Below are positions 35,967-48,382 of a stretch of 55,755 nt of DNA, piece after piece; positions within the stretch are counted from its first letter, which is position 1; each line of letters opens with the position of its first letter. The notes beneath the pieces are model-generated. The model did no database searches and had not been told where the DNA came from. It saw only the letters and a list, made by a program, of their open reading frames with translations. The stretch covers positions 4,567,003 through 4,622,757 of the forward strand of contig MU058065.1 of the NCBI GenBank assembly GCA_013265495.1, written 5' to 3'. Position numbers and translations under genes: made by a program. Source of the stretch: Vicugna vicugna. Its lineage: Eukaryota.

Positions 35967-38899
35967 TTGACTGAATCATGGGTAGAGTGAATAAATGTTT
36001 GATGGACAGAGAATGTATACAACTCCTTAAAAGCTCCTTAAAAGGCTTAAAAAACTTACAAATTAAAACTTTTGTCCCTGAGGAAACATATTTACTTTTG
36101 TGTTTAGAACATCTAGAAGTATCTCCAAGAGATAAGCATATGCAGTAACCCTGAATTTTACACATAGATTTCTTAAAATATGACTTATTTATTTATTTAT
36201 TTATTTTCCTGGAATAGTAAATACAAGATTAAAGAACTAAAGCCAAAGATGGTGGGTTGTTTTCCTCTTTGCTGAAATAGTTTCCCACTAGGTCCTTTAG
36301 CAACTATACATATTTTAAGGCAAAGATAATGACTTTGACATTTTTAATCTCAGACATCACCTTCCTAATCTCTTTTGGTACAAGTGAGTTCATATTTAAA
36401 TTAGCTTTAATTGTTTTTTTTTTTTTTTTTGGACTCCCAAAGTGAGCACAGTAGGTCCCTATCTTGGGGGCTAGACGATGGGTGTTATGCACCCGGAAGT
36501 GGCTAAGTGGGGAGCAGGTTCAATGACCTGAGGTCTACATTCATTTAGGGAGCATCACACAAGCCAGGAGAGCGATGATGACAAGTCAGATCAAGAACGA
36601 AAATACGAGACCACACCATTCATTTCCAAAGTGCCTGAGAAAATCAGTGGCTTGTTCTGGTCTGTGGCAAAGGCACAGAAACTAGTCCCTGATGCTTCTA
36701 CCAACTGTGGAGAGTGAGGCCAAAAAATGAAAACCATCATGCCACACAACATACCTTTCCTCTGGAATCAAACTCCCATTGAAGACTGGCTTCCTACACT
36801 CTGGTTTAGTGGTGAAATTTTATGTCCAAATCATTGGGACTAAAAAGCACATTGTAAGTGGGAAACATTGTTCAGTTTCATAGAGAAACTAAATTAAAAA
36901 TTAACAAAATCATGAAACTTCTAAAAGGTGCCTCTAACTATATTTGGAGTATTCACCAAGAGGAATTTTGGACAATTTTTAACAATGTGTATGTATACCA
37001 GTTTTGTGTTATAAGCATATTTAGCAAGACTTAAATAGTTTTTCTCGACCAGGCAAAAATAAATAAAATAATCTAATTATCCATGTAGCTCATTACTTTG
37101 CCTTCTAGTTTTTTTGTTTTATTTTTTAATTTTTTTTCACATTATTATTGGACTGTAAAATTTATAGCAATGACACCTCTAACTGGAGTTTTTAGTGACA
37201 AAGTAAAATTAGATGTTGGCACCATCAAAACAGAATTTTTCTAGAGATCCATCAAAATGATCTTTTAGAACCTTAGCCGTAATCAATTCGAACTCACTTC
37301 AGATCCTAATTAATTAGAGTTTTCCTTTTAGCCACAGGCATAGCTCTGGACACGGATAAGCAGTGGCTGATTAGTAGTATCCCAAAAGTTATTACGAGGG
37401 AAGAACGTGTTTTAAAATAATGATGACAATGTCTCCAAATTGGATATAGATCTCCCGGAAGCATCCGCTTTTAAGTTAGATTTAGCAAGGCTTGTTGGAA
37501 GAAGGACAGGGAGAAAAAATAAAATCAGCCACCATTCCTAAAATGTATTTGAAAAGACATGTTTTGAAATTGTATTCAAATCTCCCGAAATTTTGAAAGT
37601 CAACTTTGTCCATCTACTCACACTGCTTCCCTAGAAACTGCCCTGCGTGTCCCTCCATAACTCAAAAATGTATTCTGTTATCCATTCTTCCATCTTTAAT
37701 TGTAAACCTGCATTCACCGTCCGTCCTGGCACACGTATACTTCTACATGCACAGCTGCCTCCGCACACTGTTCAGTCTCTAACTGATTTTGAGATCAGAA
37801 CATTTTCAAGTTCATTCACATTTGCTAAACTGTAATTCACACGAGCCAATTGGAGAACGTATCTCAGTAACTTCCAGTGAAAAAGGAGACCCTAGCAGGG
37901 AATAGAGGCACATGCTTTATACAAGAAAGGTTTGATAAGCGAATGTTTTTACTATTCACTTGGGGAAAAATTTAAGAGGCATTTTGAGATTTGGAGACAT
38001 GTATTCTCCTTTCAGATATCTTAACACTTCAGGGAAAAAAAAAAAAAAGACAGCCTTTAAACGTGCTCCCAAGTAGCAAGCAAGTGCCTCCAGATGAGAA
38101 AATTTCCAACCAGGTAAAGTTCTCACCTGGCAATTTGGAAATTGGGGTTTGGAACAGCTAAATAATCAAATGGATCTGCAAACCTCTCGGTGAACCCTAG
38201 CCAACTCTTAGATGAGTTTTCAGCAAACCTGGGCTGAGTTTGGAGAATTCAAAGCAATTTTATGGTTGCAGATGGAAACCAGGCCCAACTCAGCAGTTTA
38301 AATGAACCTGAAACTCAAGGGCCATCTCAAGGGGTCTGAACCCAAGCAAACCAAAACAAAGTAATGATTCCCAGGGAACACTGGAAGCCCTCTGTGCCTT
38401 GTCTTGGCAGAAGCTGAGCACAGATTTATTTTATATTATTCAAAAGCGGTAAGTGAGAAAATTAAGAAAGATTTCCAAAATGGACTTTCTGGAAGTCTGT
38501 ATTATTCAGAAGCAAAATGAAGAAAATCACAGGCATTGCTCCCTGTGCACAAGGTTTTCAGAAAATAATTAAGAGTTTTTAACTACAGTGACAACTTTAT
38601 AAAGACATTAACAATTAGCCATAGGCCAGAATGGCTCTTCCTAAACTGAAACACTGGCCATAGCCCCCTGACATCTGGATTCAAACCTCATTTCAGGTGT
38701 TCAGGTTGACCACCGGGGGCCACGTGATACCGGGTCAGTGCCTTGCATGCTTGGTGTAGCTGAACATCCTTTTTATTTTGAAAGCACCTGGAATCCAGGC
38801 AACTAAAGAAAGAATTCTCTGACTTCTGAAAAGGGCTCTTGGTTTCTTCCTAAGGACTTCCATAGATAACGATGTAAATAGTTCACAAGAGAGGGCTGG

Positions 38900-38952
38900 G
38901 TGTGTGTGTGTGTGTGCTTGTGTGTGTGTGCACATGCGTGTGTGTGTGTGTA
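38900..38952. repeat. Imperfect (TG)n microsatellite
   Basis: Directly visible. Confidence 0.9.
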
Positions 38953-40494
38953 TCTTTCAGTCATCTTCTGGAGCATCAAGAAACTATAGTTTGAAAAACA
39001 ATTTTTAAAATTATACTAGCTTTTTAATTCCCTGAGAAGTTCATTAATTTTCCATCTTGTTGATTCCTGATGTCAAAAGTTATTAAAGATCATCAAAGTA
39101 TCCCCAATTTTTTTGTAGAAGGGAGAGGGAGAAAGTTATAATGACTCCTATGTCCTGGAAACTTTTGATATCTAGTTCCTAGAATTTTTGCAAGAATTAA
39201 ATGAGAAAAATTCCCATTCCCACTATATAGTGGGGACTTGATAATTAACTTTCCTCATTATATCCACCATCATTATCATAACCATCACTACCATCACTTC
39301 TCTTCTTCTGTCAGGGCTCATTTCCTGGAACACTGATGCCATCAACTGCCTTTAGTAAAAGAAGATTTATAGGCAAAATATATTTCCCATGCCTCTACCT
39401 CCAGGTTTCATTCTTGGTCCCACTTCTACAAGAGCTACCTCCAGCCCACCCACTGAGTGTTCATAAATATTCCCATGCTCTTCTCAACAACTTTTCTATT
39501 AAAATTCTTCTGGATCATCTCTATCGACATTCCCTTTAGAGAAAATGGCTACTTACTTTCAAATAGTCTGTGAAACATGATACAAACAAGTAATTTAATA
39601 TAATTATAACAACAAAATTAGAATCTCTGAGGCTGGGACCCCAGGATTACTTTTTAAAGTCTTTCCCCCATTTCCCCACCCTTGTGAGTCTAAACCATAA
39701 ACAGGGTTGAAAACTACCACTTCACATAAATTAATATACCTCTGCCTGTACTATAGACATTCAGAGATTCCTAGCAATTGAGTATTTGGAAATTTATTAA
39801 AAGATTGCTTTGTCACAGTATATTTTCCTGCGATGGGTTTTCCAAGAGGGAGGGAAGGCTGCTATTTAACAGGAATCTCTCATTTTTATGTCAAGTTCCT
39901 GTAAGCATCATTGTTTGACAATCTGGTTTGCTCTGAGACTTATCAAGTTGTCACCCAAGCAAGGAGTTGACTTTGGATTGCCAGTGGTCCATAGATCATG
40001 GTCTGTGCACCATTGACCTAGGAGTTTTAGATTAATTATTATGCAAAGTAAATTGAACGGCAATTTTTTTCTCTCATTACCCTAATTGCTTAAAGGTACA
40101 TCTATAGGAAAACTTACTCAATAAGCATTTGTTTAATCTTCTGATAGTCAAGGTACTATGACCAGTGTTAGAAATACAGAAAGGAATAGACATTATTCCT
40201 TTTCTTATGTTCTCAGCAGAGAAAAAAAACTGTAGACAGTCAGGATCCCAATCTTGCTCAAACCATAGTCTCTGACTTAGAAATCAGAAAGATAAGTTCT
40301 CCAGAAAAGAAACATATATTAATGAAGATTATTACGAGGCTGTCTCTCCCTGACCAACTTCTAAGGATCTGGAGAAATACGGTCATGTCTATGGAGTTCA
40401 AACGTAGCAAAAAATATGATCATCCTATATTACCCCTCAAATCATTCTGGATCAAGTCAGTTCACAAAGTGCTATTTGCCCTCTTTTTTTAAGC

Positions 40495-40720
40495 TTGTTT
40501 GATTGAGTACTTACCAGGTGCCAAGCATTGCCCTAGTCTTTCATTCATTACCTTATTTAATTTTCCTAACAACTCCACGAGGCAGGTATAATTATTACTT
40601 GCCTTTTACAGACAAGGAAACTGAAGCACAAAGAGAACTGATACCCTTGTAAGTGGACAAACTAGGATCTGAACCTCAGCATGCCTGCTAAGTGGTGTGT
40701 TCCTAAGCGTTACCCTACAG
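40495..40720 (-). mobile_element. MIR SINE
   Basis: attgagtacttaccaggtgccaagcattg...ttttacagacaaggaaactgaagcaca...ggatctgaacc. Confidence 0.8.
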
Positions 40721-41604
40721 CCTCCATGCACATTATCGCATCAGAGCTTCTAGGGAGTGGTGCAGTAGAGAAAGTTGGTTAACATTGTTCAAGCTTCTGT
40801 TTGATTGCTTCATTTTATTGTGTTTGCTGTTGAGACAAGCCCACTGACCCCCTGAAGGGCAGTGTTCCTTAAAACAGAATTTGGGGATTACTGCCTTAAT
40901 GGGTGACACTTGGTTTTCTGTCCTTTCATGTCTTCATCCCTGCTGATCCCTTGTATATACTCCAGTGGTTTTAGACTGAAGATTCAAAACCACAAGAAGA
41001 CCCCTGGCGACACACTTAGGGTCTCTGAGTTTTCAGGAAGCTGCTGGCAGGACCTGGCAGGGCCATGTGATAACAATGAATTTCACAATGTGTGCTCACA
41101 TCTCAAGTGGACAGTGGCCTTCTTGCTCCTGGTGGCTATCCCAGCTCAGGATCTATTTAACATCCATCTGCCTCGATATCTTCTTTTTATATCTCAGTTT
41201 TTTGTGTTAGTGCCTATGAGTGTGAAATAAAGTAGCAGAAGTGTGACCAAAAGTGTGACCAAAACTGCCTCCAAGCTCCCATTCTGTAGAAACACTGAAT
41301 CAGTTGGAGGCAGGTACATTGTGCTCAGTCAGCAAGCCAAGTAGCTGAAGGAATTTGCAGGGAGAACCATTCCTAACGGAGGTGATTCCATACACACGTA
41401 AAAGCTGCCTTAACCTGACTCCAATCTGAGTCACCAGTGGCTGAAATCTACCTCTGAAATGATTCTCATGCATGCCCCACTGTCCTCCTTTACCACAATC
41501 CCTATCTTAGTAGCAACCCTGATCATTGCTTGTCTGTGTGATTACAATAACTTCTTAATTGGTCTCCCACTGCTGATGACTTTCCAGTCTATTTGTCCTC
41601 AATA

Positions 41605-41800
41605 GTTCTGCAGAGGGTCTCACACTTTATTGTGCATAGAAATCATAGGAAGAATGTGTTGAAATGCAGATTTCTAGCCCACTTTAGGTCCATTTATTGG
41701 GTCTACGAGGGACCCAGTAATTTAAGAAATATGTAACTTTTTGATTAGTCATTCTCCATATAATTTTTGTGCAGGTTGCTCTCACTTTGAGAAATTGTTC
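41605..41800 (+). mobile_element. MER5A-like MITE, preceded by an L2 remnant (~41430-41600)
   Basis: tctcacactttattgtgcatagaaatca...aaatgcagatttct...cactttgagaaattg. Confidence 0.6.
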
Positions 41801-42381
41801 TAGGCTCTTATCTAAAATTCAGTGGTAACACAGTATGATTTTTCTCTACAAAGAAATGTCTCTCTTTCTGCAATAGGACATAGGTGTGGACTCGGAATAA
41901 AGATAAGAAGGGACTTGTAGACTCAAAAGACAAGATATGAAGGTGGAAGTGAATTTGTGGGTCTAGTATATATACCAGAACTTGTTCTGATACAGCTGCC
42001 CTGGGAGATCTGGGGAAGTGACTATGCAAAGGAATAAAAAGCATTAAATTTGAAAGCTTGGGCTAATGGTGGTGTAGCGCTCCCTGTATATCTAAGTATA
42101 AGGTTAGATTAAGGTAATCATAACTTGGTTTTCTATCCTCTTTACTTAAAAAAAAAGAATGTAGATCCAGCAGTGTGATGCTTGCAGTAGTGAGTAGGGG
42201 AAATATCAGATTTAGAGAAGCCACTTCTCTACAAGAAGAAAGTCACTTTTCAACAACATCAGTGACAGAAGCAGAGGCAGCAGAAAACAGATTACTTCAT
42301 TTTTTCCCCCTGGGCCTATGGTCTTCTGTTTAGAATCATGATTATTCTCTTTGGACTGAGTTGCATAATTTTCTTAGACTA

Positions 42382-42435
42382 TTGGAGAAAGTAGAGTGGA
42401 GGTTTGGAGAAAGTAGAGTGGAGGTCTAGAGAAAG
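42382..42435. repeat. 22-bp tandem duplication (about 2.4 copies)
   Basis: ttggagaaagtagagtggaggt twice, then ctagagaaag. Confidence 0.9.
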
Positions 42436-42539
42436 GGGTTTGAGTTCCTGCTTATCTGGGAAATGAAGGTTTAACTAATCAATTTCAATATTAAAAAAGA
42501 GATATAGCATTATTTATGCTCCAAGCAATAAAGCAAACC

Positions 42540-42690
42540 ATCCCCCTGATCTGTCACTTTTCATGTTTCAGATGAGAAAACAGGTTCAGAAGGGTGCATT
42601 TTTTTTCCCCTAAAGCCAAGGAGTTAATCAGTGGAGTTGTGGTTAGAAGCCTAGTGCCCTGATCCCAATACCCTTCTTCATATGCCAGTG
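42540..42690 (-). mobile_element. MIR fragment
   Basis: tttcagatgagaaaacaggttcaga...gttaatcagtggagttg. Confidence 0.55.
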
Positions 42691-43789
42691 GCATCCTCAT
42701 TCAAACTCTTACTGATGCCGCTCTGATCCAATTCTTCATAATAATTGATTACCTGTATGTTAGGTGACCTGCCCCTACTTACGTCTCACCTGATTTCACT
42801 GTGTGTGTTGCCACAATGACTTAGAGATGTCTGTTCACTACAGCTCCTACCACCGTCCCCAGACCCTGGCTCTAAATGTGATAAACTGCCAGTTAAAATA
42901 GTTAGAACTCATCAGTTCCCTGATTACTTTATTGATAAGCTACATATACCAAGAAGAGACTAGCCATTAAAATTATTCCAAATTGAGGACTGCTGCAATC
43001 CTTAGTTATTTCCCTTACTTTGGGACAGGAGAGACCAGGAAGATGCTCTGTTCCTGGGGAGGACAAAGAAAGAGCCCATTGCAGGACCAAAGGGCACAGA
43101 AGAGGTGGAAGGGAATGGACATAAGATGAACTTCACCCAAGCTCCACTCTGCTTACTGAGCTGCAGTTTTAAGTTAAGAAAAGCCTTTAGGTGAAGTAAA
43201 TTTTGTAAGGGCAGAAGCAATATAACTTCAGCTTGAAGGGTGCCCACAGAGAAAGGAATCTGATTTTAGAATTTAGAGTATGAGTATTCTAGCTTGCTGG
43301 ATTGTCACTTTATTTATGCTCATCTTAACTCAGCTGTAGCTTATGGGTATTTCTTGTGTCATTAAATACCAATGGCGCAGCCAGGAGACTAGAACGTGAG
43401 ATGCTGCTTTGTTTACTTTTGTTGCCACTTAGCATTTCATCTCACAGCCCACAGGAGGCCCCTGGCTGTATTCACAATGATGGTGACAGAAGTTTAAATA
43501 AATGCAGCAGGATCCCACTGGTTTGCAGTGTAGTAAGTCTGAACGCATAAATGGAAAGTCTCTTGGAAGATTCTTTTTCATAGATGTGAAAAGAAATCAT
43601 TGATATTTTATTTTTCTTTCATTCTGTGGTGAGAATAAAGTTAGGGAGACAAAACTACAGGCAAAGATGCAAAGATTTTTTTCACTAGAACTTCAGCTAA
43701 GTTCTTGTCACTTTTTAACTGTCCAGTTAAAAGTTGGAAAACACAGGTTCTTAAATACAGCAAAATATTAAATCTCCTCTGATAAAAAT

Positions 43790-43940
43790 CCACTAGAAGT
43801 TAGAGCTGTAAGGAGCCTTGTTGACCGAGTCTAACTTGTTGATTTTGTAAGTGAGTCGCCTGATCTAGTTGTCTTTTTCAAGGTCACAAAGATGGCTGGT
43901 GGCATCTATAGGTCTGGAACCCAGGTCTCCTCACTCCTTG
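43790..43940 (-). mobile_element. MIR fragment
   Basis: ttagagctgtaaggagcctt...caaggtcacaaag...ctggaacccaggtctcct. Confidence 0.6.
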
Positions 43941-44087
43941 CCCAGTGACTTTTTACAGCATGTTTCCTGGCCTCCCCTCAGCCTTGTGAGTTGAATTCTT
44001 TCCTGGAGTCGGCAGAGGAACAGGGCTAGGTTGAAGAGCAAGTGCAGGCTAGAAAGTATGCATGCACAACACGTGTGGACATGTAGC

Positions 44088-44658
44088 ACTTTTCTGGCTG
44101 CAGCACTGTAAGGTGGGGAGCTATTGTCTACACTCGCAGCCGTGTGGTCCAAAGCACTTTTGCAGTTGGTGCAGATCTTCAGATGCAAGCAAGACAACAG
44201 CCATGGCCATGGTGCACTACAGATGGGGTCACAGCCTCATCAAGGTGAATGAACAGTGACCCCTGGAGATGCTCAAGCTGTGCACACTGCAATATATGTC
44301 ACTGAAACTTGTTCTGCTTCTGGGCAAGGAGCGATTTGCCAGGGTGGACATCCAAGTCTAAGTGAAGGGTGGTGGTCACATGGCCCAGATTTACACAATC
44401 TGCTAGCCCATCTCCAAAGCCCTGGTGGCCTGTTACCAGAAATTTGTGGATGAGGTTTCCAAGATGGAGATCAAAGACATCCTCAACCAGTACGATTGGA
44501 TCCTGCTGGAAGCTGATCCTGCACTGATATCCCAAAATGTTTGAAGGTCCTGGTGCCTATACTTGCTACCAGAAATCCTACAGATGAACCTCTCTTGAGG
44601 ACCAGGTTCATCTTTATAATAAACAATGGTTGTGGGATTTGAGGTTTCAAGAAAAAAA
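44088..44658 (+). pseudogene. RPS16: Processed pseudogene of 40S ribosomal protein S16 (uS9)
   Basis: Intronless; reads LQLVQIF, LIKVN, PLEM, VLLLGKERFA.VDI, VKGGGHMAQIY, ISKALVA.YQKFVDE.SK.EIKDIL.QYD and YQKSYR* (stop 44585-44587). Start codon is GTG at 44142; in-frame stops at 44359 and 44404; frameshifts. Pyrimidine-rich 5' end, AATAAA at 44618-44623, A-tail at 44649-44658. Confidence 0.95.
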
Positions 44659-47600
44659 GTACAAAGAGCTAGCCTAGCATTGTGCCTGCAGAAAAATAGA
44701 TGTCTTGGATGTCAAGGAGGTTCCCTTAGTCCAACTTAACAAAGCCTGTATCCTTTGTGTACTGAGGAAACATGGGCTGCACATATTGAAACAGTATTTC
44801 TGGATCAGATGTGCCAGTTTGAGCAGATGTGGCAAGAGTGAGAATGCTGGCTGAATTTTCTCAGATGGCTCCAGGAGAGCTGCTGGTGAACCCCTTGCTT
44901 TCTAGGAGGCAGTGAGGTACAACACAAAGAGACACGTACCAGTGGAATCCCCAGAACTCATATGATATCCAGGAGAACTTGATTTGGTCTCACAAATTGG
45001 TTTTGCAGGAATATATACAGTCCCTTCTTTTAGACAAACTGAGGACTGGGGTGTTGAAGTCAGGACCCAGAGCATCAGGAGCCCGTACCAGATACTGAGG
45101 CAGGGTTCATCGGAAGCTGGACCTTAATGAGAAGGATTGAAGGAGGTGGGTAGGTCTGGAGACTAAAGGGAAGTTACTGAGTTAAAAAAAAACCTGTAAA
45201 TTGTCAACCTGAAGCCAGGCTGAGTGGGATCACCCAAATGTAGAAGAAATAAGATGAAAATCCAATGAGAGAGAAAGTTCAAGTGGAGGTTAAAACCTAC
45301 AGGGATGAACGGACAGTTGCAGCACCTCTTTATCTAGCCCCCCTGCCCCAGCCTTAGGTGTGTGTAGAGAGGTACCACCTTCACACTAATGAGACTGACA
45401 CAACTGAATAAGAGATTCTGCTTCAGCTCAGGTGGAATCAAATTCCTGTTCACTCCCACTTCCCACACTAAACCTTGTGGATTTCTTTCTTCACAATTAT
45501 TTTATCCTGTTGGCCTAGTGACCAAAGGGTTTCCGTTATTATTCACGACTTTAGAAGGATCACCATAAAAGGACAGTTGACTCAGCATTCTTAGCTTTAT
45601 CAAGTAAATTCACATGAAGCCAGATTGTTTCTCTTCTTTATGATCTACTTTTCTCCTATAAAAGCAAACTGAAGTAGCTTTAAATGTCCTATTTTTTAAA
45701 ATTTTTATAGCTCCATTCAATGACGTAGTTTTTCTCTCTACCTTCCCAAGAAACATCATGAATTAATAGTTTAAAACCTTACGTATAATGAGATCATGTC
45801 ATTTTTAGGGTCATGGCTTCCACAAATGAATTATCAATCTAACTTTTGTGAATGTCACCCTTTAATTTTTTCCATGGGATATTGTATATCTAGAGACCGT
45901 CCTCCAATGTCACCTAACTTGAATGTTGATCTCAATGCTTTCAAATACAGTGAGTGGGCAACTTCTGATTGAATGTCATCTCCAGCTATAATAAAGATAA
46001 GTATGTATCATAGCTTCTCTCCTTTTCTGTGCCCACTTGTACATTCAGCCATGTGACCTTGGGGGTGACTAATTCATTCTCACCTAGCATCATATGAGTG
46101 GTGCTAATGAGCCCATGTCTTAGGACTGATTGACAAGCCAGCTCTTTACTCCATGACTACCACCCCTCATAGAGCCATCTTGGTAGAGTGTACTACGGGT
46201 CATAAAGAGGACAGGGCAAAGAAGCATGGATGCACAAGTCCCAGAACCTCATTATGAGAAAGGGGATTCAAAATCCTGGACCCTATTGATCAGTAGTCAG
46301 AACCACTGTATTTTCAAGAAAGACTTGAACAGTACTCCAAGTAGCTATGATTCAATATTAATTCATTGCTTGGTGATTTCCATTTCTTGTTTATGTTCAT
46401 TTTCTTCATTGCTTTATTGTGCTCTATTTCACCCTGTATTTCCCACATTGTTATTGTTAATGGAGTAATTGATGAAGTATGCTCTGCTAAAGTGATGTGC
46501 ATTTTTTATAGCTGTCTTCTCTAGGCACAGTAAAAGCCTTAAACAGCCTTGAAATTAAATGTAATATATTTGCATCTGTATAGTTTTCACTTTAGCATCT
46601 GGAAATCATTTAGCCAGTTATTTATTTGATAACTGGCCTTAGAGCAGTAAAAGACCATGTACTGAAGCTGTGTCTATACTGCGCTACTGAATCAAACCCA
46701 GGCTAGAAACTATGATTGAATCCAGCCAGGCTGCTAAACCAGAGGAAGAAGAATTGTTCCAACACAAATTGGAACCTTCACCGATTTGTGAAAGACAGGA
46801 AAGGAGATCTCCATCACCTGCATTTCAGTGCTATCTCCAACCAGCAGTAGCATGTAGACAGCAAACCAGTCAATTCCTTGTTGATTTTCATGATTACATT
46901 TGAATCCTAGTCATCACAGGGAACCTGGGGGGTGATGTTGTCTCCTACTTTGGGAAGGAAAAATATGAACAAGTTGAATTTGCTATTGGAGGCATAGGAG
47001 ATATGTTTTCTACAAAATTAATCTCAAGGAATTGAGGAGGGGAGTGGATAGTATGAGATGGTAATTGAACATTTGCAGAAAATGCAAGGAATGTACAGGG
47101 CCAGAGGTCTTGAAGACAAGAGATACATATGAAATACATGAGAAAGCTTTGAAAAAATAATTGCTCAAATTTCAAAATAAAGTTATAAGATCAAACACCA
47201 CTTAGCACCCTGTCTGGTACACAATAGTGATCCACAGACTACAGCTTCTTCTGCCTCACCTCCTACCACTTCTCTCTCACCCCTTCTTTCTTGCCCATAT
47301 CTTTCCTTTCCTTTAAACTTTTGTTTTGAATAGGCTTATTTTTATGGTAAGTTTTCATAGTTAATGGAAAAATTCTTTGATATACAAAATGTGGCTTTTC
47401 CTGTATTTTCAGAAACACTGCGGCCGTATGTGCTGAGATACATTTTGTAGACAATAGTAATTCATCATGACCTCGTCACATTCAAGCGGACCCTTTGTGG
47501 AAAAGTGAATAGAACAACAGGTTCCACAGTTAAAAAGGAATCTGGGCAATTGGGAAAGGTGTCAATGACAGGCTCATGGAAACCCCCAAAAGGAGGAAAC

Positions 47601-47828
47601 CCAAGAACTGGATGAGCCATTAACCCAGATCCTGTCCTCTTAGAGCCAGAAAAACCGAGGTGAAGAAAGAAGACAATTTGACAGCAGCTGCTGTGTTATC
47701 CTTCCTGAGTCCATTCTTCTAAAGCCCACACAGCCTAAGAGCTGGACCCCCAAGTAAATGAGTATTGCACGTAAGAGTTCCAGTGCCAAACCTTTCCATA
47801 GTAGATACTCAGTAAAATGTTAGCGCCC

Positions 47829-48382
47829 TGTGGTGGACAGGCTCCAAGGTGACTCCTCAATTATCTCCATTTCCTGACATTCACAACTTGTGAATGTCAG
47901 GAAATGTCCTGTGATTGCTTCTAACAAACAGACTTCAGTAAGAGTGACGAAGTTCACCTCCATTGAAGACTGCATAAGGTTTTGGGCTCTCATTTTGCTA
48001 GCAGATATTCTTCCTTGCTGGCTTTGAGGAAGCAAGCTGCCATGTTCTGAACTGCTCTGTAGAGAGGCAAACAGGACAAGGAATTGAAGAGGGGGGTGTC
48101 CCAGTCAACAGCCAGCCAGGAACTGAGGTCCTCAATCCAACAGCCTTCTAGGAACTGAAACCTTCCAACACCAATTGTGTGGTGGCAGGTACTTATCATT
48201 TGAGCATTCAAGTAAGATCCAAACTCTGAGCAACACCTTGACTGCAATCTTGCTAGCCACTCAAAACCAAAGGACCCCTTTGCCTCTATTTCTGTCCCAC
48301 TCAAATGAAGTAATATATGTACATTGTTTTAAGCTGATTAATTTTATGGTAATTTGTTACACAGCAATAGTTAAGTAATGGA
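47829..48382 (+). mobile_element. MaLR solo LTR MLT1E/F-like
   Basis: tgtggtggacag...ggaagcaagctgccatgtt...cagccagccaggaactgaggtcctcaatccaacagcc...ttgttttaagctg...ggtaatttgttacacagcaatag. Confidence 0.85.

Noticed and set aside
44142..44587. Functional RPS16 gene or retrogene
   Set aside because: Start codon lost, in-frame stops and frameshifts
46040..46500. Possible ancient LTR remnant
   Set aside because: Only a vague resemblance; I cannot name a family or its boundaries
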